Source: Myxococcota bacterium (GTDB lineage Bacteria; Myxococcota_A; UBA796; GCA-2862545). Taken from it: DNA of 41,123 nt. The notes under the pieces were generated by a model. It worked only from the letters and a program-made list of their open reading frames with translations, searched no databases and was not told where the DNA came from. The position numbers and the translations under genes were made by a program. The stretch's first letter is position 1; every line of letters starts with the position of its first letter. Positions 18,293 to 27,614 of this stretch are shown one piece after another. The stretch spans positions 1-41,123 of the forward strand of contig JBCCQY010000074.1 of the NCBI GenBank assembly GCA_039208735.1, read 5' to 3'.

Positions 18293-18991
18293 TCACCGGA
18301 CCACCACCCAACCCCGAGTGCGCTCGGTTTCCGGGTCGATGGTCTGCATCGCAGTGAAGAGTTCGGCCACGGAAACCCAGTGGGGAGGGTATTTATGACC
18401 CGCTGTGTCGAGGAGGAGCACTTGGTCACTATCGGCGTCGTAGGCGGATAGCGGCGAAATGTGTCCTCCACCGGACTCGCCGACGAACACCCGATCGTAG
18501 TTCACGATCAACCAGTCGCCGGCCGTGCTCAGGTTTCGTGCGACCTCGGCTCGGAATGCGTCTTCCGACGAGGTGCCGGCATGATGAACCTCGGTCGTGG
18601 CGCCGTGGGATTCGATCATGGCCCCGAGCGAAGGCAAGGTCATGCCTCCAAACGTGACCGTGAAGAATGAGCGGATTTCGGAGGCTTCAGGCGTGAAAAA
18701 CCCCGGCTGGTCAAGCGTGGCCCCGCGTGCTCGCAACACCGCCACCGACGACGCGACGCCGCACCACGACCCCTTCTGTTGTGGCTCGAACACCGCCATC
18801 AGTCCTTCATGGTCGGTGCGGCCTTCGGCTTCGAGCAGCTGAGCTTGGCCGGTGGGACTGTTCAGGGCTGGCAGCTCGGGCGGCAGGGGTAGGGGGGCGT
18901 CCTCGGGGTTCGACAGTCGCATGTACAGCAGGCTGAAGGCCAACACGGGAAGCATCGCGATCAGCACAAGAACGATGAGGGCCTTCCGCAC
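18293..18991 (-). CDS. Phytochelatin synthase family protein (papain-like), N-terminal TM/signal
   Basis: Q...WCGVAS, GGGHISP and LLLDTA (Cys-His-Asp triad), KYPPHWV, RGWV; GTG with GGAGG. Confidence 0.9.
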   Translation of the reverse strand: MRKALIVLVLIAMLPVLAFSLLYMRLSNPEDAPLPLPPELPALNSPTGQAQLLEAEGRTDHEGLMAVFEPQQKGSWCGVASSVAVLRARGATLDQPGFFTPEASEIRSFFTVTFGGMTLPSLGAMIESHGATTEVHHAGTSSEDAFRAEVARNLSTAGDWLIVNYDRVFVGESGGGHISPLSAYDADSDQVLLLDTAGHKYPPHWVSVAELFTAMQTIDPETERTRGWVVVR

Positions 18992-19011
18992 AAAACCTCC
19001 GACGGGGCATA

Positions 19012-19908
19012 CTATCTCTGTCGGTCGCGGTACGAGCCGTGCGCCACCTCCCAAAGCAGTCCCGCTCCATGCTGAGGGCGCCAGGTTAACTCCTGCCGAA
19101 TTCGATTGCTTGCAAGGTGGTTGTTGGTGGACAGAAACTGTGTCGTAAACGGATCGAGCTCAGACTGCGCCTGGGCCTCGTCGACCTCCACTACTTGGGC
19201 GTCGGTGGCCTCCGCGATGGCCCGTGCCAGATCCTTGGCCCGTGGCCGTTCGTCGGCTGCGACGTGGTAAATGCCAGACGCCTCAGGTCCTTCGATGGCG
19301 GCGACGTAGGCGAGCGCTGCATCATCGACGTGCACGGCGGAGAGGATGGCCTCGCCAGATCCCACCTGGATGCTACGGCCTGTTCGAGCGGCATGTTGGC
19401 ATAGCAACGGCACGAAGACACTCCCGCCGTGACCGTAGACGAAGCTGGCCAGCCGTAGTTCGACGGTGGGGAGTCCCGCCGCTCGAAGGACGTCCACGTT
19501 GGCAGCGCGGCCCGCGGCTGGATGGTCGGGTTGGACCGGCCGTGATTCGTCGAGGCTTTCGGACCCCGAGTCACCCAGGAAGATGGTTCCGTTCGAGACG
19601 ATGAGCCTCGTTCCGCGCAACTCGGATGCCCAGGCTTCATGGAGCGTACGTTCGACGGCGACCGCGTCGGGCCACGAGAGACCGTGGCCCGGAAATGCAG
19701 TGGAGACAACGGTATCGGCGTTGTTTGCTGCGGCGACTACCCGGTCGGGTTCGTCGAGGGGGGTGAGGGCGACGGGAACGCCCGCGGGAAGGGCATCCGC
19801 TCGCGAAGGGTCACGGATTCCGGCGACGACGTCATGTCCGCGAGCCAGGAGCGCGCTCAGCACGCTGCGCCCGACGTAGCCGGTAGCGCCAAGGAGCAAG
19901 ATGTTCAT
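19012..19908 (-). CDS. NAD-dependent epimerase/dehydratase (atypical SDR)
   Basis: MNILLLGATGYVG, VYG, VHVDDAA motifs; AGGAGG RBS. Confidence 0.9.
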   Translation of the reverse strand: MNILLLGATGYVGRSVLSALLARGHDVVAGIRDPSRADALPAGVPVALTPLDEPDRVVAAANNADTVVSTAFPGHGLSWPDAVAVERTLHEAWASELRGTRLIVSNGTIFLGDSGSESLDESRPVQPDHPAAGRAANVDVLRAAGLPTVELRLASFVYGHGGSVFVPLLCQHAARTGRSIQVGSGEAILSAVHVDDAALAYVAAIEGPEASGIYHVAADERPRAKDLARAIAEATDAQVVEVDEAQAQSELDPFTTQFLSTNNHLASNRIRQELTWRPQHGAGLLWEVAHGSYRDRQR

Positions 19909-19984
19909 GGCAACCTCCTGCCCGACGTCCTTGCTTGTGTCGCATGGCGCATCCAATGCGCAGATCAAGCACTATGATTGCGTG

Positions 19985-20860
19985 ATGCGCATGCAACGTC
20001 CCGACACGATGGATGACCTGGTGTTCTTCTGCGCCGTCGTGGAGGAGGCCAGTTTCCAACAGGCAGGAAAGCGACTTGGACGGTCTGGGTCTGCGGTCAG
20101 CCGAGCGATTCATCGCCTTGAACACCGAATCGGTTGCGCGCTGTTGGTGCGTTCCGCCCACGGTGTGACGTTGACGGCTGAGGGAGAGGTGCTCTTCGAA
20201 CGAGCGCGGTCCGCGTTGGAACACGTTCAGGTCGCCCTCGATATGCTTGAGGGAAGCCATCGTGTGCCAACGGGAGTCACGACGGTGGCTGCCCCCCTGG
20301 GGTTTGGGCGACGGCTCGTGGTTCCGATGCTCCCCGCCTTGAAGGAGCGGTACCCGGAGTTGCGAATCGACCTCCGACTCTCCGATGTGTTTCGCGCCCT
20401 CGACCACGATGCGTTGGACGTGGCTTTGCGGGCTGGAGACCTGCCGGACTCGCGCTGGAGGGGAACCCGACTCGCCACAACCACGTTCATCGGGGTGGCG
20501 TCTGCGGAATGGTGGGGGGAGGCGCACTCCGCGACGGACGTGCCTTGGACCGACCGGCTCGGGTACCGAGGGACGAACGGGCGTATCCGCGGCTGGCCGA
20601 CCCAGCGGGCTGGATGGGTCGTCGATGATGGAGACGCGCTTCTTGCCCTTGCCGAGCAAGGAGTCGGCGTGGCGATGGTCCCCGATCGATTGGCGGCATC
20701 CGCGCTAAGGTCGGGTCAGCTCCGGCATCTCTTCGACGGGCCTCCAGGGCCGTCATTGTGGTTGCTTCATCGCCCAAGGGCCACCCTCTTGCCGCGGGTG
20801 CGCGTGGTCCTCGACGCGCTTTCCGCTGCGATCACGAGCCCTTCCCATCCATCTTCTTGA
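19985..20860 (+). CDS. LysR family regulator (CrgA-like), divergent from the epimerase
   Basis: SFQQAGKRLGRSGSAVSRAIHRLE HTH; LTAEG; YPELRIDL; DVALR. Confidence 0.93.
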   Translation: MRMQRPDTMDDLVFFCAVVEEASFQQAGKRLGRSGSAVSRAIHRLEHRIGCALLVRSAHGVTLTAEGEVLFERARSALEHVQVALDMLEGSHRVPTGVTTVAAPLGFGRRLVVPMLPALKERYPELRIDLRLSDVFRALDHDALDVALRAGDLPDSRWRGTRLATTTFIGVASAEWWGEAHSATDVPWTDRLGYRGTNGRIRGWPTQRAGWVVDDGDALLALAEQGVGVAMVPDRLAASALRSGQLRHLFDGPPGPSLWLLHRPRATLLPRVRVVLDALSAAITSPSHPSS

Positions 20861-20894
20861 TGGGTTTTACCAAGAAATCATCACTACTGGCGAT
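20847..20894. promoter_or_regulatory. Pair of LysR-type ATC-N9-GAT boxes
   Basis: ATCcatcttcttGAT (20847-20861) and ATCactactggcGAT (20880-20894), 33 bp apart, upstream of 20939. Confidence 0.6.
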
Positions 20895-20938
20895 GGGTCG
20901 TCGGTTCTAGGTTTCGCTCAACCAGCGGAGTTCAGATC

Positions 20939-21430
20939 ATGACTGTCCTGTTTTCCCTTTTGGGTGGATTAGCCTTGGCACAGGAGCCGAACGCACGTCC
21001 GCGGGCCTCGCTTTCCGTTCAAGCCCTTGAGATTGTGTCGCTTGAACGAGGGCACATCGGTACTATGGTGGCTCCCGGGGTGAGCGTGCTGTTTCCGGTG
21101 AGCGATCAGTGGAACGTCATCGGGGTGGTTAGCCCGTTCGTGGGGGTCGATCTCACCGCGGTCGGTGGGGTGTTGGTCGCAAGCGCGCAGCGGAACATCT
21201 GGAGGCAGGGGCCTTGGCACGCGAGCGTCGGACCGTCGACGACCGTCTCGCGGGTCTCGAGGCGCGAGGACAACGTTTGGCGACCCCAGACCAACCTTTC
21301 GGCCGGGGTGGGGTTGTCGTTGGGGAAGCGCGGCACCGTCGGTCAGTTGGGCTTGGACTTGTCCACCACACCCGAGTTTGATTGGGCGTTGGGGTTGGTG
21401 CCTCGTGTCGGGATTTCGGCCGCCCTCTGA
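20939..21430 (+). CDS. Small secreted protein, probable 8-strand outer-membrane beta-barrel
   Basis: Signal ending ALA|Q; alternating amphipathic strands. Confidence 0.6.
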   Translation: MTVLFSLLGGLALAQEPNARPRASLSVQALEIVSLERGHIGTMVAPGVSVLFPVSDQWNVIGVVSPFVGVDLTAVGGVLVASAQRNIWRQGPWHASVGPSTTVSRVSRREDNVWRPQTNLSAGVGLSLGKRGTVGQLGLDLSTTPEFDWALGLVPRVGISAAL

Positions 21431-21443
21431 CGGAAGTTTCGAG

Positions 21444-22334
21444 TCAACTGCCGCGGGAGGCTAGCAACGCATAGAGCCAGCGCGCAGCCGGGCCGGACGC
21501 TTGCTTGGGATCCAGCATCACCGCAAGTTCGATGTGGGGGGCCCCGAGCCATCCGTCGATTTCGAAGGCCACAAGACGACCGTGGGCGAGGTCTTCTGCG
21601 ACCTGCCAGCGTGCGAGGCGTGCCCAGCCCACGCCTTGAAGCAGAAGGCCCCGACGAGTGGCTGCATTGTCGAGTCGCCATTGGAGTTCGGGATTTGACC
21701 CCTCATCCTCGGGCAGGGGTTCGTTCGTCGTAAGGAGAAGTCGTCGATGGGTCCCTAGGACCTCGAGGGGAACGGGCCCCTGTCGCTGGGCAAGGGGGTG
21801 GTCGGCACTCACCACCGGCACGAAGTCGACCTTCGCGGTGGGATGGGAACGCATCGGGCCGCCGGCAAGGGAAGGGGCGATGGCGACGTTGGCCAATCCA
21901 CGTTGGAGAGCTTCGACGGGCCCTCGCCAGACGCCGGTGGTCACGTGCAACGCTACCGAAGGGAATTGGGATTCGAAGGCCTTCAGCAGATAGGCCATTT
22001 CGGCCGGCGGGTAGAGCGCGTCCACGCAAACGTGAAGCGAAGCTTCAACGCCAGACTGCAGTTCGTGGGCCGTGACGACCAAGTCGTTGAGCGCCGAGAG
22101 CACCGTCCGGGAGTGTCGGACGATAGCGTTGCCTGATTCCGTCAGCGTGGGGCGCCGTCCGCTGCGGTCGAACAATGTGAGCCCGAGCTGTTCTTCGAGC
22201 CGGGCGATGTGGTAGCTCACCGCGCCTTGCGTTCGACGGTGCGTCCGGGCGGCCGCGGTGAACCCGCCGGCGTCCACCACTTCGAGGAGCACGGTGAGCT
22301 GGTCGATCGTGATGGCGTGAGAAAGACGTTCCAT
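21444..22334 (-). CDS. LysR family regulator
   Basis: TIDQL...GGFTAAA...QGAVSYHIARLEEQLG..LFDRSGR. Confidence 0.93.
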   Translation of the reverse strand: MERLSHAITIDQLTVLLEVVDAGGFTAAARTHRRTQGAVSYHIARLEEQLGLTLFDRSGRRPTLTESGNAIVRHSRTVLSALNDLVVTAHELQSGVEASLHVCVDALYPPAEMAYLLKAFESQFPSVALHVTTGVWRGPVEALQRGLANVAIAPSLAGGPMRSHPTAKVDFVPVVSADHPLAQRQGPVPLEVLGTHRRLLLTTNEPLPEDEGSNPELQWRLDNAATRRGLLLQGVGWARLARWQVAEDLAHGRLVAFEIDGWLGAPHIELAVMLDPKQASGPAARWLYALLASRGS

Positions 22335-22582
22335 GCAGCGACTCTATCGCCCGGTTGACGTTCAGGAATCCTCCTTCACGGGCTGTACTCCCAACGCCCT
22401 GCCGATTTCCGCCATCCAGCGGATGCGTTTGTAGATGCTGAGGCGATTCCTCGGGCGTGGGTATGGATGGCGCTCTTCCATCTGGCGCTCGCAACCCTCC
22501 AGAACGGTGTAGGCTTCTGGTAGGCTGACATATTACACAGTGTGAGTCTTGGAAAGTAGGCAGCTGGTCTTCCTCTCTGCCT

Positions 22583-23586
22583 TCAAGGTCCGTACTCACC
22601 CCACCAGACTCCAGAGCCAATACGCAGAGCAGCCCAGAGTGTACCATCTGTCCTAAATGCAATCCTGTCCCTTGCTCCAAGCGTGGAGCAGTTTGTCGAT
22701 GCCTGCTGGCCGTGCGAGCCGGAATGCAACCAAATCGGGTAGGATGATCCTGCTCCATCAGCATCGACGTAGACGCTTGCGAGCCATTCGCCATCAATTG
22801 TGCCTGCCCAGGAGGTGGTTACAATTCCATCGTACGCTACGGAACCGCTATTGTCGGGTTTGACCGTTTCGTGTACGCCGGAGACTGGGTTCCCCGAACT
22901 GACCTGGACGAAGTAGTGTTTCGAGCCGCTCCTTACCGAGACGATGCCCGGCGTAGTGGTTTCGAGAATCTGTAGTCTTTCAAACTTCTCCACGACCAGG
23001 TTGGTTCGGAAGATGTCGATGCTGCTCACCCATGTCCATTCGAATGGGGGAGATTCAACCCAGACATTCGAATTCAACCATTCCATTACGAACACGAGAG
23101 GTGGTTCTTCACACCGTGACCCGGCCAACACGTTTGCCGCCAAGGGACCTCGCTCGCATGTCCAGGCAAATGCCTCACGCCTCAAAACACTAGGATCATC
23201 TGCATCAAGAAGGCCATGTATGCTCGGTCGCCGAAGCCATGTTGAGGAGAACTCTGTAACGGCGTCGAGTTGTGGGACGTCTCGCTGTGTGATGCTCTCT
23301 TCGAAATCTAATTCATGGCAAAGCTCATGGCGCAGACTGTATCGGATTTCTTCCAGTTCAAGCTCTTCTGACAGCAGAATTCTCTTCCGTTTCGGAAGAA
23401 ACTGCGCGCTGATTCCATCGGGCATCTGCCGAATGCTGACCTTGGATAGCTCAATACGGCCCTGCCCCGTCCACGAGTCGAAGTTCACGAGTTCCTCCCT
23501 CACGACTCTCTCTGCATGGCTGTTCCACCGTCTACTGGGGTGTCGACAGGGAGTTGGAATGAGCGGCAAGCAAGAATCCAGATCAT
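22583..23586 (-). pseudogene. Zinc metallopeptidase-like lipoprotein (HExxH), apparently frameshifted near 23506-23513
   Basis: Long frame has LRHELCHELD and downstream REAFA. A separate frame from ATG 23586 gives MIWILAC...DGGTAMQRES* (stop 23500). Removing one AG or adding one base joins them as GGTAMQR(E)VVREEL. Confidence 0.6.
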
Positions 23587-23652
23587 GAAACACAGGGGAT
23601 ACGAAGAGGGAGGCTACGCTCCGCACATGGAACCACACCCCAGAGTAGGTTG

Positions 23653-25248
23653 ATGATCGCGTTCCGGTACATCATAGGTCTGACCCTTGCTATCGGTTTG
23701 GCTTGTTCTCCTGCTGGCGGCGTTGATTCGGCGAAACCACCCGAAACGGAAGGCACGCCGACCGATCAAGGCAACCGAGAGAAGAGCGATTCTGATGGTG
23801 ACGGCTTTCTGCCTCCAACAGACTGCGATGATGACGACCCCGCTATATCACCCATTGCATTTGATCAACCAGGGAACGGTAAGGATGAGAACTGTGACGG
23901 CATGGATGCGCCAGTTATCCCCTGGATTTCTGTCGAATCAGCGACTGGTTCGTGGGTGAGTTCACGGCCGGGAGATGAATATGCGTCAGCCCTTGAGGTT
24001 GGAGACAGGGATGATGACGGTCAGCTTGACATCGTCATCTCAGCGCCCGCTGGAATGCAGATCTATAGTCTCCCCGGTCGAGTTCTCAGCTTTCCGCTGG
24101 AGGCAGGAACTCATAGTGAGACGGATGCAACGCTGACTTTGACACAAAGTGTAGGGACATTTGGAATGGGCTACTCCGTGGCCCTTCGGGTAGGCACTCT
24201 CCAAGGTGAAGGTGACGCGGCCCTCGTCATTAGCGACCCGTTCAGTGGTGTTGGCGGAAGAGCCTTCATCGTTCCCGGTAATCAAGGACAGTCTACCGAT
24301 ATTGCCGAGGCTGCGACGGTGACGATCCGGAGCGGTCCCGATGAGAGAATCTTCGGCAATGTGTTAAATTCTGCAGATCTTGATGGAGATGGGCGGTCAG
24401 AGCTGATCCTGGGTCGGGGAGATCCAGCGGATATTGGCCGCATCTACATATGGAGGGCACCCGTCCTCGCCGATGCGATATCAACCGATGCGTCAGTAAT
24501 CTGGACGGCTCGTGATGTTGGAACTCGGTTGGGAGTGTTCGCGGACGCCACCGGCGACTTGACAGGCAACGGCACGGTCGATTTAGTGGTTGGCGCATCG
24601 GGTCATCCCGATGGCGGTAAGGTCTTTATCGTACCTTCACCACTAGAGGTCGGGGGGGGGGGCTCCGACCGCGCCGCCGCGACCATCAGCGGAAGTCCAA
24701 ACGATTCGACGGGAAATGCCTTTGTCGTGAAAGACCTCAATGGTGATGCGCTCGACGATATCGCAATCGGTTCGTGGTTACGGAACGTCGCGGGCCCCCG
24801 ATCTGGTGTTGTGTCAATCTTCTTCGGGCCAATCTCAGGTGAAAAATCGCTTGAAGACGCGGATGTGTCGATCCGACCACTTCAAGGCCTCGAATTCATG
24901 GGAAGGGCTCTAGCCGTTACCGACTTTGACGGTGATGGCTTCAACGATCTAGCTGTCGGGGCACCTCGGGACCCATTCTTGATTGGTGGAGCGCCTGGTC
25001 GGGTCCTCCTTTTCAGAGGACCGTTGAGTAAGGACCTTACAACTGCAGACGCCGCCCTCGAAATCCGAGGTGTCACGGTCAGTGGCAACACAGGCAGTGC
25101 TTTGGTGGGAGGATTCGACATGAACTCAGACGGTGCAGAAGATCTCCTCGTGGGTGCTCCACTCGGCGTCGCTCCCGAGAGTGGAACGTTCGGTGCTGCT
25201 TACTGGGTTGAGGGTCGCCCTTTCGATAAACTCAGGCTGAATAGGTAG
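23653..25248 (+). CDS. Lipoprotein with MopE-like motif and FG-GAP (integrin-alpha-like) propeller
   Basis: Lipobox IGLAC; DSDGDGF...DCDDDDPAISP...GKDENCDG; repeated DxDGDGxxDLxVGAP. Confidence 0.9.
   Translation: MIAFRYIIGLTLAIGLACSPAGGVDSAKPPETEGTPTDQGNREKSDSDGDGFLPPTDCDDDDPAISPIAFDQPGNGKDENCDGMDAPVIPWISVESATGSWVSSRPGDEYASALEVGDRDDDGQLDIVISAPAGMQIYSLPGRVLSFPLEAGTHSETDATLTLTQSVGTFGMGYSVALRVGTLQGEGDAALVISDPFSGVGGRAFIVPGNQGQSTDIAEAATVTIRSGPDERIFGNVLNSADLDGDGRSELILGRGDPADIGRIYIWRAPVLADAISTDASVIWTARDVGTRLGVFADATGDLTGNGTVDLVVGASGHPDGGKVFIVPSPLEVGGGGSDRAAATISGSPNDSTGNAFVVKDLNGDALDDIAIGSWLRNVAGPRSGVVSIFFGPISGEKSLEDADVSIRPLQGLEFMGRALAVTDFDGDGFNDLAVGAPRDPFLIGGAPGRVLLFRGPLSKDLTTADAALEIRGVTVSGNTGSALVGGFDMNSDGAEDLLVGAPLGVAPESGTFGAAYWVEGRPFDKLRLNR
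24652..24662 (+). repeat. G11 homopolymer inside the FG-GAP gene
   Basis: gtc GGGGGGGGGGG ctcc, currently in frame (VGGGGS); longest run noticed in the window. Confidence 0.85.
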
Positions 25249-25250
25249 GG

Positions 25251-25272
25251 CGAGCCACGGGCGAATGGCTCG
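25251..25272. terminator. Hairpin after the FG-GAP gene
   Basis: CGAGCCA-cgggcgaa-TGGCTCG just after the stop; no U-tract. Confidence 0.35.
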
Positions 25273-25360
25273 ACGGCCCTATGCAGGCGACCGCATCGAG
25301 CAGGCCACGCGAGACCACCAGGGTGCCAACTGAAAGGCGAGATCGTGCAGTCTTGAATGC

Positions 25361-26797
25361 CTAGAACTGAAAGTAGATAAAGTCTGTACCGCCTACGCGA
25401 TAGAACACGAACAGCGCCACGGCAAACACCGCCCATGCCGTCGTCTGCACCGGCGCTGCCCACGGCGACCCCCGCAGTTCAGGCACCAGGTACCGCACCA
25501 CAAAATGGCTCGCGATGAACGGCACCGAGACCGCCGTCGTCATGCCCAAGATCACGGCCGCTGCGACAAAATCGTCCGGGGACCCTACCCACGGAGGCGT
25601 TTGCAGGTGGTGCACGATGCGATCGATTCGAGTTTCGCGAAAGATCATCGCGCCCACGACCCCGACCACGACGAAGTGCACCACAATCGCAAACGGTCGC
25701 GCCCAACGCCATCGTCGAGCATCCGGCACCGCTCGATCGAGCAGCGTGTAGATGGTGATCGCGAGGGCGTGAAACAACCCGAACAACACGAAGTTCCAGC
25801 GCGCCCCATGCCAGAGGCCCACGAGCATGAACGTAAGCGTCACGGCGCCGATCAAATGAGGCACCGTCACGCGAGGCGCGGTCGAGACGAGGGGCACCAA
25901 CACGTAATCGCGAATCCAACGCGACAGCGTGATGTGCCAGCGCTGCCAGAACTCGGGCGTGGTGGCCGCGAGGTAGGGGCTGCGAAAGTTCACCGAGAGT
26001 TCGAAGCCCAGCATGCGCGCGGTTCCGCGGGCGATATCCGTGTAGCCTGCAAAGTCGGCGTACAGTTGGACCGTGAATCCAAGGGCAGCCGCCCATAGCA
26101 GCGGTCCGGGCGGGTCGGCGAGGAGGAAGACCTTGTCGATGTAGGGCGCCAAGGTGTCCGCGATGCAGAGCTTCTGAACTGCGCCCCATAGGGCCAAGGT
26201 CAGCCCTTCCAACACCCGATCGAGCTGAAACGAACGCGGCCGCTCGACCTGGGGAAGCAAGTCGGCGGCCCGCTCGATAGGACCGGCCACCAATTGCGGA
26301 AAGAACCCGACGAAGACGAGAACATCGAGAAGACGGGTGCGCGCCTTGAGCTGCCCTCGGTACACGTCAATCGTGTAGGACAGGGTCTGAAACGTGTAGA
26401 ACGAGATGCCAACCGGCAGCAGGATCTTGAGCAATCGAAGGTCGGCGCCTACGCCCGTCGCCTCAAAGACCGTGGCCACGTTGGCCACGAAGAAGTTGAA
26501 GTACTTGAAGTAGCCCAGCACGATGAGATTGCCGCCAATCGAGGCAATCAACGCGACATCACGCCAGCCTGGACGAGCGGTCATCACCCGAGCGGCGGTG
26601 TAGTCGAGCAGCGCGGAAGCGAGCAGCAATCCACAAAACCATGGATGCACCCATCCGTAGAAGACGGCTGACGCCACCACGAGCAAGAGGTTTTGCCCAC
26701 GGCGACCGCGCTCGGGCGACCCCCACGCAGACAACGCCCAGTAGGCGCCGAACACGATGGCGAAGAAGGCTACGAATTCGACTTGAACGAACGACAC
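25361..26797 (-). CDS. MBOAT O-acyltransferase (AlgI/DltB-like)
   Basis: LGYFKYFNFF, LPVGISFYTFQTLSY, FFPQLVAGPIER, DFAGYTDIA, FWQRWHITLSRW, GLWHGA and C-terminal FIYFQF. Confidence 0.95.
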   Translation of the reverse strand: MSFVQVEFVAFFAIVFGAYWALSAWGSPERGRRGQNLLLVVASAVFYGWVHPWFCGLLLASALLDYTAARVMTARPGWRDVALIASIGGNLIVLGYFKYFNFFVANVATVFEATGVGADLRLLKILLPVGISFYTFQTLSYTIDVYRGQLKARTRLLDVLVFVGFFPQLVAGPIERAADLLPQVERPRSFQLDRVLEGLTLALWGAVQKLCIADTLAPYIDKVFLLADPPGPLLWAAALGFTVQLYADFAGYTDIARGTARMLGFELSVNFRSPYLAATTPEFWQRWHITLSRWIRDYVLVPLVSTAPRVTVPHLIGAVTLTFMLVGLWHGARWNFVLFGLFHALAITIYTLLDRAVPDARRWRWARPFAIVVHFVVVGVVGAMIFRETRIDRIVHHLQTPPWVGSPDDFVAAAVILGMTTAVSVPFIASHFVVRYLVPELRGSPWAAPVQTTAWAVFAVALFVFYRVGGTDFIYFQF

Positions 26798-26825
26798 AGA
26801 AGGGCCCTATCCGCAGGACCCGGAA

Positions 26826-27446
26826 TTAGTGTGGACCTGCTTGCTCAGCGAGGGCTTCGTGGCAGCGAGCCAGGCCGTCGGAGGCGAATCCGCTCTCGGG
26901 ACGCAGCCGTAGCGCATGTTCCCAGTGCGGTAACGCTTCACGAGGCTGTCCCAGTTCCGACAGCGCGGCCGCCAGCCCCTGAACGGCGAAGATGTGGTCG
27001 GGCGACTGCTCGAGAACGGCCTTGAACGGGGCCAGACTCTCGCGGAGTCGGCCGACCATGCGCAGCGCTTCCGCTTTCCCGGCCAGGGCTGGCACGTACT
27101 TGCCGTCCCGCTCGAGGGCATGGTTGTAGGCGTCGAGGGCAAGATCCCACTGCGAAAGCTTGCGTCGCACCTCGCCAAGATTCGTCCAGCCCCGCGGACG
27201 ATGGGGCTCGACCTTGACCACCTCCCGATAAAACTCGGCCGCTAGATCGAATCGCCCCTCTTCTTCGAGCCGCTGGGCCGTGTCGATGAGGGCGGATGGA
27301 TCGAATGAGGCCGTCTTGAACGCAAGCTCGGCGAGGCTCAAGGCCGACAGCGCAGGATGCTTGGGATCGAGCGTCGCAAGCTTTTCGTGCATCGATTCGA
27401 TGGAAGATCGGATGGCGGTGAGGCGTTCGTCGCTGGGTGCGGTCAT
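26826..27446 (-). CDS. Tetratricopeptide repeat protein
   Basis: About 4 TPRs (GWTNLGEV.., ALAGKAEAL.., GLAAALSELG). Confidence 0.88.
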   Translation of the reverse strand: MTAPSDERLTAIRSSIESMHEKLATLDPKHPALSALSLAELAFKTASFDPSALIDTAQRLEEEGRFDLAAEFYREVVKVEPHRPRGWTNLGEVRRKLSQWDLALDAYNHALERDGKYVPALAGKAEALRMVGRLRESLAPFKAVLEQSPDHIFAVQGLAAALSELGQPREALPHWEHALRLRPESGFASDGLARCHEALAEQAGPH

Positions 27447-27614
27447 GCAGGTCCCCTGTCCTGCGCCGTCACATCACCCGGTGCATGCCGATTCGCCACC
27501 ACAGGCCGCGATCGCCAAAAACAACCCGAAAGTGAGCGTTCGTCCGCTGTCGACACAACGCTGACGTCACGCTGACGCGCGGATCCGTACAGTGATTCGA
27601 TGAGGAGGCCAGGG

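Noticed and set aside
22360..22525. Start-less plus-strand frame ending ...WVWMALFHLALATLQNGVGFW*
   Set aside because: Could be a gene remnant at the island edge, but it is too short and has no start or recognisable family.
22045..22797. 250-aa minus-strand ORF bridging the peptidase and LysR genes
   Set aside because: Off-frame overlap of two real genes; no recognisable motifs.
22335..25360. Island as a mobile element
   Set aside because: No transposase, integrase, tRNA, terminal inverted repeats or target duplication seen.
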